From Octopus sinensis (Eukaryota): 64,000 nucleotides of DNA. The number at the start of each line of letters is the position of its first letter. Position 1 is the first letter of the stretch. The stretch lies in the NCBI RefSeq assembly GCF_006345805.1, contig NC_043004.1:49290001-49354000 (forward strand), in the 5' to 3' direction. This document shows, piece after piece, positions 38,451-51,199 of the stretch. Under the pieces are notes generated by a model. The model was not told where the DNA came from. It made no database searches and saw only the letters and a program-made list of their open reading frames with translations. Made by a program: the position numbers and the translations under genes.

Positions 38451-41144
38451 AATCAAAATAGACCTTGGAACAATAGTAAAAAGTAAAGATAAAATTACCT
38501 CCTTGAGTCATGCCAACTCATAAAGGCCGATTTCCTGGTTTTCATGGTGTATATATTCTCCACTTGGACAGGATGCCGTTCCGTTACAGGGCTACTCATT
38601 TTTGCCAGCTGAGTGGACTGGAGCAACGTGAAATTAAGTGTTTTTCAGAACACAACGCGCCGCTCGGTCCAGGAATCGAAACCACAATCTTACGATCATG
38701 AATCCACTAAACCACACACTAACTACTAAGCCACGCACCCCACTGGAAAAATAGTGGCTAAGAGCTGGTTCCACACTCCACAAAACCCTGGAACTCCCGG
38801 GTCATGGCCCAACTACCGGGTGCAGTTTAAAGTCATACCCAGGACAGAAAAAAGAAAACGCTACTACTGAAATCATTATTGAAACAATCTAGCTCTAAAT
38901 AGGTACTTAGTGAGGAGGTCAAGGTCGTGCCCATGACTTTTTCAGGGTTTCTGAGACTGGCGGGAAGAAAGGAGGGCAGTATCTTTAAACTGGAGACCTG
39001 GCTGTGATTGCTTGCAAAAGAGTGGACGCCGTTAATAAACTCAAAGTGCCAGGTGGTGGTGTTAAACTCGAATAGGCCATGGTGGGATTTTGAACTCAGA
39101 GCTCACAGAAGTGGAACAAATAACGCGATGCGTCTTGTCCGATGTTCTTAGTTCTGGCTATCCAGGTAAAGTTGACCTCAGCAGAATTTGAGCTGAAGGT
39201 GGAGAGAGTCGAAACAAATACGAGATGGCTATCCGGCGTTGAAGATTTTATCAGTTATGGCAGTATTACTGTATACTTTTGTGACTCACTGCACAACACA
39301 CAAACAACACAGTTTTAAAACTCTGTCTGGAGTTATAACACGTTGTAGGTCTTTTCATTGTCGATTTTAATGAAACCATATCAAAGAGACTTCAGCACTT
39401 CGGTAACCACGTCATCAAAGATATCTCGCTCATTCCCATTATATTCTTCTCGCGTAAAGTAATAATTCTTCTTTATCCAATTTTGCCTCTGGATTAAGGC
39501 TTCATCAGGGTCGATACTATTCAACAATGAGCCGTATTTCATAATAGACAGTCAGGTGGAAGGAATTCTCCTCCATACTATAAAGGTGAAACTGCGATGT
39601 AGACGTTCCAGCAAAAGAATTAAACCGGCGGGATACTGATACATGTATATATTGACTGATGAGAGGTAACTCCTGCGCTGATCTTCGACATAATGAAAGT
39701 TACGTTTGGGCGATCCCCGATGAGGAGCTGGCATACCTCGAATATCGCGAGAGATGCTCTTCTATCTCCCCTCTCTCTCTCTCTCTCTCTCCCTCTCTTC
39801 TCTCTCTCTCTCTCTCTCCTCTCTCTGTGACTGACCAGGAGATCTAATACGCGTCACCTCAGTCTTGTCACCCTCCACTTGCAATACTGAATCATTCAGA
39901 AAGACATTTTTTAAGAGATCGACATCTTCAGGAGATAAACCACTCGAAGAGTGAGACCTGAACGAGATGGCTGTATATTGCACAGTAACAAGCTTGAACA
40001 ACGAATTTATATAGTTGTAGGAAGTACTCACGACCCTCTTGCCTTGATGTTACGGATACTTGCTGCGCACATATAAAGAGAATATGCGGTGATGTCTTAT
40101 CTTCATGGGCAACATGTATGAGTTTGTGTTTGCGCATCGATAGTGAAATACATTTTCGTGTTTCTTTGGGCCGGTCCTCTGCCATCTAAATACGGGCCGA
40201 AACGTGAACGTTCTATTGCTTTATACGCTTTATGAGAGCCGCGGTTGATTCTGAACCGCGTTCTCCTTTTACTTCTGCTGTTCGGCTTCTGTTTGCTGAA
40301 TGTTAAAATTAAAATTGATACAGATAAATATATAACTGAATAATGAATATAGCTGTTCAAAATATTGTTGCTTCAAATTGATCCGACAAGAGTAGAAGAC
40401 CCAGAAAACAAGGTTGCATGTGATGGAATCACACAGAATTGTGATTTCATCGCTAAAAGACGTGTTTCTGATACAACCCCAAACTTGTGACCTAGAAGCA
40501 GGAATATTTCCATAACCGTGATTTTTTTATTTCTTTTTTTTTTTTACCTAAAAGAATCGATTTTAATATGGGCTACTAACGATGATATTAATAAATCTAT
40601 TATTTTCTTTTAACGCTACGTACTTTACGATATGCCCCGCGTGACGGCATCATAAAATATGGAAACTGACATGATTAAATATAATGTCCAAATTTGTCGG
40701 GCCACGTTAGCCATAGCTACAAATCTGAAATAAATTTTTGATTCATGTTATGCTAGCTTTCATGCTCTGTCCAAACCGGATGATATATCACCATAGGTCC
40801 GAAGCAAATATACAAGCCCAGTCGTCATCATTATAAAACCAAAAAAGTAAACAACATCAAATATGATTGTTGAAATGAAAAAGAAACCCAATTAATTTTG
40901 TTATCGTTAAAACACAATATATTTTGTGTATCGTTTCTCCAGTTATACGTAGATACAATGGATAATATAGTTTTTTGGTGATCAAAACTAGAATGCTTTT
41001 ATTCATAGACTACTCGATCAATGTTGAAATGGGGCTAAACAGCAGAAACAACATCATCATCATCATCATCATTAATAACAACAACAATAATCTCCATCTT
41101 AAAGAAAGATTTAGTCCCACGGGTGTCGATGACTTGGCCATCCC

Positions 41145-41216
<72 letters not shown>

Positions 41217-41286
41217 ACACACACACATACACACTAACACCACACACACACAGATATATATATACACACAACATATTATTAATAAC

Positions 41287-41321
<35 letters not shown>

Positions 41322-41682
41322 GATATATATATATATATATATATTTGTAAAAAATGAAGTTCGAAAATGCTGCTGTATTATACAATTTTAATTTTTATAT
41401 ATAAAAATTAAAAATTGTATAATACAGCAGCATTTTCGAACTTCATTTTTTACAAATATATACCTACTCGTATACGAGCTAATCCTATTATAAATATATA
41501 TATATATATATTATATATATAATATATCTATATATATATATACATACATATATCTTATATATATATTATATATATATATATACTATATTATAGATATAAT
41601 ATATTATATATATATACATACATACATAATACATACATACATACATACATACATACATACATACATACATACATACATACAT

Positions 41683-41726
<44 letters not shown>

Positions 41727-41734
41727 ATATATAT

Positions 41735-41940
41735 AGGAGTGGCTGTGTGTGGTAAGTAGCTTGCTAACCAACCACATGGTTCCGGGTTCAGTCCCACTGC
41801 GTGGCTCCTTGGGCAAGTGTCTTCTACTATAGCCTCGGGCCGACCAAAGCCTTGTGAGTGGATATTTGTAGACGGAAACTGAAAGAAGCCCGTCGTATAT
41901 ATTATATATATATATATGCGTCTGTGTGTTTGTGTGTCTG
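41735..41940 (+). mobile_element. SINE family B, 5' half
   Basis: Head to internal microsatellite, then replaced by the LTR-like repeat. Confidence 0.8.
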
Positions 41941-41944
41941 TGTT

Positions 41945-42460
41945 TGTGTCCTCTTCATTGTTTACTAGTAATTACTGAGAGAGATAGAATGATGTTATAA
42001 GAGAACAGAATTAGAGCTAGTGAGAGTTGTAGGGTGTGGGACGCTGTCTCACAGTTGCTGACAGTAAACTTCATTTCTGCCTCTGACCAAGGTTCTAGCT
42101 GGTCAGCCAGACTTCGTTGAGTCGTCACCATGTGACTGGACTGGTTGAGTCGTCACCGAATGGCTTTTGCTTGGGATGTTCTTGCTTTTATAACTATCCA
42201 GAAGGAAAGTATATCATTGAGAACAACAGATTTAGTTGGTGGTCTAGTTATCTCTATTCTAGCTTTTGGTGAAGTAGAAGAGGTTAAAAAGGGTCAAGTG
42301 GTGAATACGTCATTTCGGCCTAGCTAAAGGCATCTGGAAAATGTAAAACTGCTGTCAGAGAAAAACCATTGTGCCACCGTGGGAAAAGTTCTTTTGCAGC
42401 GTTAATTTAAGTTTGGCTATGATGGATCGAATCCACTTCATACATGCAAGATCCACTACA
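41945..42460 (-). mobile_element. Solo-LTR-like repeat, copy 2
   Basis: Homologous to 8442-8940 with the same right boundary ATCCACTACA. Confidence 0.45.
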
Positions 42461-42479
42461 CACCTTAAAAGTTCAAACA

Positions 42480-44297
42480 AATTAATTTTAATATGGGGTA
42501 GGACTGCCTTTGGCAGTAATTACAGCTTGAATTCTACGAGGTATAGACTCGCACAAAGTTTGAATTATTTCCAAAGGAATTTTTTGTCCATTCTTCAGCT
42601 AAAACAGTCTCCAGTTCTTGTAGTGATGATGGGGATGGTGGAGTACATCGACTCCTTAATTGTTTTTCTAAAATGCATCATAAATCTATATATATAAAAC
42701 TGTAGTGTGAGTGTCTGTCTCCTACGATTTAGATTCCTAACTCCTCCCACATTTTGCGGTGCAGTTTAACCAAATTCGGGTATCTTATAGTCGTGATTAA
42801 TATCGAGCCCGTCTGTCTATTAGCGCGCGTCTACGATGAGTCTACGATTTAAAAAATAATTTAACATCATTTTTTATTCTATTTTAATGACATAATTTTC
42901 CGTGTGTCGATGGCGGCGGAGTTGGCGTCCACGCTCAAACACCTGCACCGTGTTTGCTTCTCCCCCTTCTTCCCTCCTCGTGAGCTGTGGGGAGGGAGTT
43001 TAAGGAATCAACGTCGTAATGCGTTGTCAAGGAGACCAGCGTTCTTTAGAAACAACGACTTCAGGCTTGAAGACACCAAAACAGAAATGGCTAAGAAAGC
43101 GTCTACATGAGTCTACGATTAAAAAAAAAAATTACCATAATTTTCCATTTTAATGCATTTTTTCGCTATTATATAAGGGAAGTAACTCTCTAAAAATGTC
43201 TACGATGAGTTAACGATTTAAAAAAAATTACCATCATTTTTTATTCCATTTTTAATGCATTTTTTTTCTATTTTTTTTGCTATAACTCTCTAAAAATGCT
43301 TATATAGTTATTTCCCTTACAAATCCGAGCAACGCCGGGCGATACTGCTAGTGTTCAATAATATTGAGATCTGGGGACTGTGATGGCCAGATAAGATGTT
43401 CAACTTCACTAGAATGTTCCTGGCCCCATTTAGTAAAAATTTTAGCTGTGTGAATTGGATAGATTTGATCAGATGAAATGCTTAAATAGTCTTGACTATT
43501 AATTCTGCCATGAAGGGAAACCATTGGGTTGGCGGATTTCAAAGATATAGCCCCACCACCGCCCCAGATCCTCCTCCATGTTTCACTGTTGGAAGAAGGC
43601 AGTTTGGGTCAAATGCTTCTTTTGGCTGTCTCCACGGTGATCGGAAATAAGGTAAAGGATGACTCGTTCGAGAAAATAACATTCTTCCACTGCTCTAGAG
43701 ACCAATTCTGTAGGTTTTTACTCCACTCTAAACGCTTTGCAACGTGGTAGTGGTTTTCTGATTGCAGCCCTCCCGCGAAATCCGGCTTTGTGCAGCTCCT
43801 GGCGAACAGTTTTTGTGGAAACTGGGTTCTCGAGGTGGTCATTAAGCTCTGCAGTAATCTTGGAAGCTGTACTTTTGTGATCCTTTCTAACAATTCGCGT
43901 AAGAATCTAACGGTCCTAATCTGAAAGTTTTGATTTTCTTCTGGAGTTTTGTTTCGACGAGGTTTTTTTCCTCTTTCTCAAAGGATGTCGTTACTTTTGA
44001 GACAGTACTTCTTGATACACCAAATATTTCGGCTGTTTTCATTATGCTAGTGCCTACCATACAAGCACCAACAGATTGACCTTTTTGAAAGTCCGATAGA
44101 TCTATCATTTTAATGAATTTTAATTACCTTTTTCTGGTGATATCTGAAAAGAAACTGCAATTTTAACAAAATTTATTAAGCATCACTGAAAATAAATCGA
44201 AAAACATAAAAATAAACAAGCTTTTGACGGTTTTTATTGATATTTCAAAATCATGATGCTCTGATGCTAGGTGTTTCCATTATTTTGTCCAACCCTT
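42480..44297 (-). pseudogene. Tc1-type transposon relic (internally deleted, interrupted by a Helitron)
   Basis: DLSDFQKGQSVGA...FGVSRSTVSKV; KNVIFSNESSF; WPSQSPDLNIIEH; LETVLAEEWTKI...IPRRIQAVITAKG; TIR-like GGGTTGGACAAAATAATGGAAAC. Confidence 0.9.
42685..43351 (+). mobile_element. Non-autonomous Helitron with internal TCTACGATGAGTCTACGATT repeats
   Basis: A|TC...hairpin...CTAG|T; same family as 21345-21739. Confidence 0.9.
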
Positions 44298-44730
44298 ATA
44301 TATATACACATGCCTGCGTGTATGTATGTGGATATGTGTGTACGTACATGCACATATATGTTTGTGTGTGTATGTACATGTAAATATACATGTTTGTGTG
44401 AAGGTGTACGTATGTACACGCTATGAACACAGGAGGTTTTATGTCTATGTATTGCGAGAATATGGTTGCGGGCATTTTTTTATCTTTGTTCTTTTTTACT
44501 TCTTTCCTACCTATTAGAGTAACTTCCCTTTTATTCAGCAGTTTTTTATAGCATCTGTTGCCATTAATAGCCGACGAGAATGCATCGTAGCTCTTCGCTC
44601 CGACATTCGAAACTCCGATTACTATAATGACAACTCACTGTTTGTCCTAAATTATACATTTATAAGTAATCCTCTATTTAGCTAATATCGAGATCTCATT
44701 TTTTTGTAGTCACTTTTATATTATTATTAT

Positions 44731-44778
<48 letters not shown>

Positions 44779-45113
44779 TGTATGTATAAATATACAAATA
44801 CACATATATATATTACAAATACATCATAATATATACATATGCATATATATGGGTGTTGTGTATGTATGTTTGTATGTATGTATGTATGTATATATGTATG
44901 TATGAATAGATGGATGGATGGATAGATGGATGGAGTGTTCGAAGTGGTGTACAGATTTTGTATATTGAGAAAAAGGAGGGAGTCAGAATTTTGGATAATT
45001 CCTAATTAGCGCTTTCAATCGTTTATCGACCTCGTCACGGAAAAATCAGACGATTTCGATAAACGAAGGAAAGCGCTAATAAAAATTATCTAAAATTTTG
45101 ACTGCCTCCTTAT

Positions 45114-45830
<717 letters not shown>

Positions 45831-45889
45831 ATACATATATACAACATGCATACATACCTACATATATAAATATATATATATATATATAT

Positions 45890-45924
<35 letters not shown>

Positions 45925-45971
45925 TATATAATATATATATATAATATATAAAATATATATATATATATATA

Positions 45972-46798
45972 CAGGGTCAGGCAAAATGATCTGACACATA
46001 AATAAAAGGCAAATGAAGTAAAGAAACAAAAAAGTGTTTTTAATTTGAAAAGTACATAATGCCATTGTTTTTTCGTTTCTTTTTCAGTTGCTGCCATGAA
46101 TTGGACTGGTGAGCATCGCGCTTTCATTGTGGAAACGTTTATCAAAACAAACGATTCTGTAACTGCAACACAAAGAGCGTTTGCACTTCATTCTTGGTAG
46201 ACATGATCCCGTACCAGCTCGAAACACGATCTTGTTATGGGTTACCAACTTCAGAGCTACTGGATCTGCATTGAAACGAAAATCAACCGGCCGACCTCGC
46301 ACCGCCAGAACTCCAGAAAATGTGGCAGCGGTAAGAGCTTCAGTTCAACAGTCTCCACGCCTTCCACATTTAAACGCGCCCAGGCTCTTAGACTTTCCGA
46401 AAGAAGTTTGCGAAGAATTCTTCAGAATGATCTTCAATGATCTTCACAATGATCTTCACTTGATTTAAATCCGTGCGATTTTTTTCTCTGGGGATACCTC
46501 AAGTCAAAGGTATACATTAATCGCCCTCGATCTATTGAACAACTTAAAGATGCAATTCGTCAAGAAATTACTGCCATTCCACATGAAATGACCCGCCAAG
46601 TTATTGACAACTTTCGTGAACGCCTTCGACAGTGTGTAGACAATAATGGATCCCATTTGACTGATTTAATTTTTAAAACATAATGAAACAAAATGGCATT
46701 ATATGTACTTTTCAAAAATAAAAACACTTTTTTGTTTCTTTACTTCATTTGCCTTTTATTTAACCTACAAATGTGTCAGATCATTTTGCCTGACCCTG
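45972..46798 (+). mobile_element. Tc1/mariner element, DD41D (rosa/Visitor)-like, internally deleted
   Basis: ~100-bp TIRs starting CAGGGTCAGGCAAAATGATCTGACACA; TA TSD; MNWTGEHRAFIVETF...; DLNPCDFFLWGYLKSKVY. Confidence 0.88.
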
Positions 46799-46943
46799 TA
46801 TATATATATATATTATTGTATAGAGGGCATTATTACACATAAATGCCTCACACTAGGAGGGACAAAGTCATTACTACCAAAATTATACTAATCATACCCA
46901 AATGCAGTTTTTCAAAGCAAGACATTTAAAAAAAATGAATTTA

Positions 46944-46998
46944 GTTCTGATCACCGTGATTTCACATTCAACTTACGTCTAATGATCGTCAGCAGAAC
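46944..46998 (-). ncRNA. HHR-like motif (core intact, cleavage-site nucleotide missing)
   Basis: GUUCUG-CUGACGA-UCAUUAGACGUAAGUUGAAUGU-GAAA-UCACGGUGA-U-CAGAAC. Confidence 0.55.
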
Positions 46999-47415
46999 TG
47001 ATTCTGAACACATCATAAATAACTCCAACCTTACGTAGCGAAGACGAACAGACAACTGCTCACTCCGGCCAAGCAAATGGAATGTTTATAAATCATATAT
47101 CCGGTAAATGGCGGGCTTTTTACGAACTGCATGTGGGTAATGAAAAGTATTTCGGAATAAGTTTAACAATAAGGATAATCTCTTAATAGGGATCTTAACA
47201 AGAAATTATCGGGTAGTAGCCGTGAAAACCTCATAAAAGAAAGAATTCGAAAAAATTTTTTTCTTTGAACAATTAATTATATCTATATTGTATAGAGGGC
47301 ATTATTACACATAAATGCCTCACACTAGGGGGACAAAGTCATTACTACCAAAATTATAGTAATCATACCCAAATGCAGTTTTTCAAAAGCAAGACATTTA
47401 AAAAAATGAATTTAG

Positions 47416-47470
47416 TTTCTGTATCACCGTGATTTCACATTCAACTTACGTCTAATGATCGTAGCAGAAA
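47416..47470 (-). ncRNA. HHR-like motif (cleavage site present, G5 missing)
   Basis: UUUCUG-CU-ACGA-...-GAAA-UCACGGUGA-UA|CAGAAA. Confidence 0.55.
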
Positions 47471-47912
47471 TGATTCTGAACACATCATAAAATAAACTAC
47501 CAACCTTACGTTAGCGAAGACGAAAGACAACTGCCACTCCGGCCAAGCACATGGAACTGTTATTAAATCATAAATCAAATGCAAAAACGGATCACTGCTC
47601 GACACTCAACAGGCTCCATTTCACACTTGACTCGGTTCAACACCTGTAAATCAGAAACACAATTAATTCCGAGCTTGTTTTGCAACTACTCTATAGAGAT
47701 ATAAATGATTGCACAGCTAGATCCAACAACTGCAAGTGGTCAGAGGCATACTTTTGGACGTCCCGTATTATATAATATATATAATATATATATATATAGA
47801 GGCATTACTTATTGGACGTCCCTCGTATATATTATATTATATATTATATTATATAATATATATATATATATATAGATATATATATATATATATATTATAT
47901 ATTATATATATA

Positions 47913-49179
47913 CGAGGGACGTCCAATAAGTAATGCCTCTGACCCACTTGCAGTTGTTGGATCTAGCTGTGCAATCATTTATATCTCTATAGAGTAAGTG
48001 GCAAATTACAGCTCTGAATTAATTGTGGTTTCTGATTTACAGGTGTTTGAACCGAGTCAAGTGTGAAATGGAGCCTGTTGAGTGTCGAGCAGTGATCCGG
48101 TTTTTGCATTTGAAAGGACGCACACCACGGGAGACTTTTGATGAAATGAAAGTAACTTATGGTGATGATGCCCCATCATATGACCTTGTAAAACGCTGGC
48201 ATCGTGAATTCAAACATGGTCGAAACTCTGTGGAAACAGCTCCCAGATCTGGTCGCCCCTTCTGCCATTGATGAGGCATCTGTCCGTCAAGTTGAGGCTG
48301 CCATTTTGGAAGATCGACGCATAATTATTCGCCAAATAGCCCATGAGGTCAAGATTAGTACCGGGTCTGTGGAAACTATCATTCATGACATTTGGATATG
48401 CAAAAAGATGTCTGCCAGATGGATTCCAGGTTGCTCACGCCTTTCCAGAAGCAAGAACGCGCGAGTGCTCGTGGGTTGAATTTGGAGATGTGCCAAGAAG
48501 ATGAGTCAAAATTTTTCAAAAGACTGATTACACAGGATGAAACCTGGGTCCATCACGATGATCCAGAGAACAAAGCCCAGTCAATGCAGTGGAATCAACC
48601 CGTGACTCACCCCTCCCAAGAAGGCAAGGGTGCAGCCCTCCGCTGGCAAGGTCATGCTCACAGTCTTCTGGGACCAGGACGGAGTAGTGATGACAGATTT
48701 CTGGCAAAGGGTACCACAATTGCAGGAGCCATTATGCTTCACTTTTGAGGAAATTAAGAGAAGTATCAAAATCAAGAGGCGGGGCAAGATCAGCAGAAGA
48801 CATTCTCCTCCTGCAGGACAACGCTCCGGTCCACAACTCGCTTGTCGCCAGATCAGAAGCACAGGCGTATGGCTATGAACTCCTCCCCCATCCCCCTACT
48901 TCCTGACCTTGCACCCTCGATTTTCACCTCTTCGCAGTCATGAAGTTGTTTTTGAAAGGAAAGCGTTTCCCAGATGATGCAGCCTTGATTTCTGAAGTAC
49001 GTTCAGGTTGGAGGACCAAGCTGGGTCTCTACAAAAACGGTCTCCAGAGCTGCATCAAAAACATGGAGAAATGCGTAACTCTGGGTGGTTCCTATGTAGA
49101 AAAAGACTAATAACTGTGCCAAGTTTCGTTGTCTACTGCTATGGGAAGGGTCAGGGGCATTACTTATTGAACGCCCTCG
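47913..49179 (+). mobile_element. Full-length mariner (irritans/Himar1-like), frameshifted transposase at ~48068-49110
   Basis: TIRs CGAGGGACGTCCAATAAGTAATGCC / GGCATTACTTATTGAACGCCCTCG; TA TSD; ITQDETWVH, QDNAP, DLAPS motifs. Confidence 0.93.
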
Positions 49180-49618
49180 TATATATATTTATATATATAT
49201 ATATACACATATATATTACGGAGATGTACTTGCATAGTAAGTGTCTAGATCTGAGATCCTGTGCCAAAACAAAAACAACTGCAGCGTAGAAAGTTTTTAT
49301 AAGCCATTTAAAAACACACAAAACCGTTAGATTTACTTCAACTTTTAAATTTAATTTGTCAAAATATTTTCGTCAGGTTGCGGTTTCAAAATGACGAAAA
49401 TATTTTGACAAATTACATTCAAATATTGAAGTGACTCAAAGGTTTTTTTTTGTGTGTTTTTAAATGGCTTACAAACACCTTCCACATTGCAATTGTGTGT
49501 ATTTATGTATGTATGTATGTATGTATGATGTATGATGTAGTATGTATGTATGTATGTATGTAGAATATATATATATATATATATATTATATTTATATAAT
49601 ATATATTTATATATATAT

Positions 49619-50066
49619 GCAGGAGTGACTTGTGGTAAGAAGCTTGCTTACCAACCACATGGTTCCGGGGTTCAGTCACACTGCGTGGCACCTTGGGCGA
49701 GGTCTTCTACTATAGCTTCGGGCCCGACCAAATCCTTGTGAGTGGATTTGGTTGACGGAAAACTGAGAAGAGAGCCCGTCGTATATTATATCTATATATA
49801 TATATAGATATTATATATATATATATATGTATGTGTGTTGTGAGGTTTGTGTGTGTGTGTGTGTGTGTATGTGTTTGTCCTCCAGCATTGCTGACAACGA
49901 TGCTGGGTGGTTTATGTCCCCGTCACTTAGCGGTTCGGCAAAAGAGACCGATAAAATAAGTACTGGGCTTACAAAGAATAGGACCCGAGGTCGAGTTGCT
50001 CGACTAAAGGCGGTGCTCCGGCATGGCCGCAGTCAAATGACTGAAACAAGTAAAAGAGTAAAAGAG
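49619..50066 (+). mobile_element. SINE family B, full length
   Basis: Head, microsatellite and tail. Confidence 0.9.
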
Positions 50067-50631
50067 CCTCCTCCCTTAATTTTGCTCAGATCGCTTTCAA
50101 TTTTGGTGTATCGATGCAACTCTGAATACAATCAATAAATAAGATGTATCCAGATGATACATGTTGATTTTATTAGGTATTTCTGTTTATTTACAAACCT
50201 ACAATGAACAAGTCAGACGCTACATTTCACGGGGTACAACCTTAAAGTTGACACCCCTACGCTAAACGCAGAATATTTGTCTCGCTATTGGCTAAAAAAT
50301 ACCCAGTTTCTTCTATTTTTAAACTTCTGTAACTTTTTCCTCCGATTTTTTTTTTCTCCATAACATCATACTTTCAAAGCAATGTGAGTGGAATGCTACA
50401 TCATTGTAGCCAATTTTCAAATTTTTTTTACTTTCTTCTACAAAAAGTATATTTTGCGAATGAAAAAAAAACTAGATCCATAACGCTCAGGAAAAAGAAA
50501 GGAATAAGAGGTCATGAATATATATAAAACCACTTAATGAGGTTTTCTATTTTGTGATTGTTTTAATTTCTCTAAGATACATCATGATATTATGTGATTT
50601 TATTTTTGTGATTAGGATTATTATATAATAT

Positions 50632-51199
50632 GAGGTATAGTTGCCATCTCAATATGGCTAACCACTAAGGGTGGGTGTTACTGTAGCTTGTAGCCCCAGG
50701 AGAACATCGTCTCCAGCTGGCTTTAGGCACACTTTCTGTGCCCTTATGGTATTTGCAAAGGGAGGTCATCCTTCCCTCGTCAAACTAAGTGATACGCACG
50801 GACGAGCTGGCAGAATCGTTAGCACGCTGGGCGAAATGCGTATCCGTATTTCGTCTGCTGTTACGTTCCGAGTTCAAATTCCGCCGAGGTCGACTTTGCC
50901 ATTCATCCTTTCGGGGTCGACAAATAAAGTACCAGTTACGCACTGGGGTCGATATAATCGACTTAATCCGTTTGTCTGTCCTTGTTTGTGTGTCTGTCCT
51001 CTCTCTGTTTAGCCCCTTGTGGGTAGTAAAGAAATGGATACGCACGGACTGCAGTTTCTAGGTATTGGCCTGTCCTCAGCGTACGACAATCACAGAAAGT
51101 GTGCCTAAAGCCAGCTGGAGACGATGTTCTCCTGGGGCTACAAGCTACAGTAACACCCACCCTTAGGGGTTAGCCATATTGAGATGGCAAGTATACCTC
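50632..51199. mobile_element. MITE with ~109-bp TIRs, interrupted by a SINE
   Basis: 50632-50740 is a near-perfect reverse complement of 51091-51199. Confidence 0.8.
50804..51036 (+). mobile_element. SINE family A monomer
   Basis: 13-bp TSD GATACGCACGGAC at 50791-50803 and 51037-51049. Confidence 0.92.

Larger units (their letters stand above)
46814..47572 (-). mobile_element. Second retrozyme-like tandem unit, ~472-bp period (~1.6 copies), two HHR-like motifs
   Basis: 46814-47090 is repeated at 47286-47572 with many single-base indels. Confidence 0.55.

Noticed and set aside
39330-39560. Mitochondrial insertion (in-frame TGA read as Trp)
   Set aside because: The peptide resembles no mitochondrial protein I recognise; TGG-to-TGA decay is a simpler explanation
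39656-39760. CTGATGA...GAAA and CCGATGA...GAA hammerhead-like words
   Set aside because: No consistent stem I, II or III pairing
47150-47225. Possible second HHR in the 472-bp unit (minus strand CCGATAA...GAAATAC)
   Set aside because: Two core mismatches and no stem I or III
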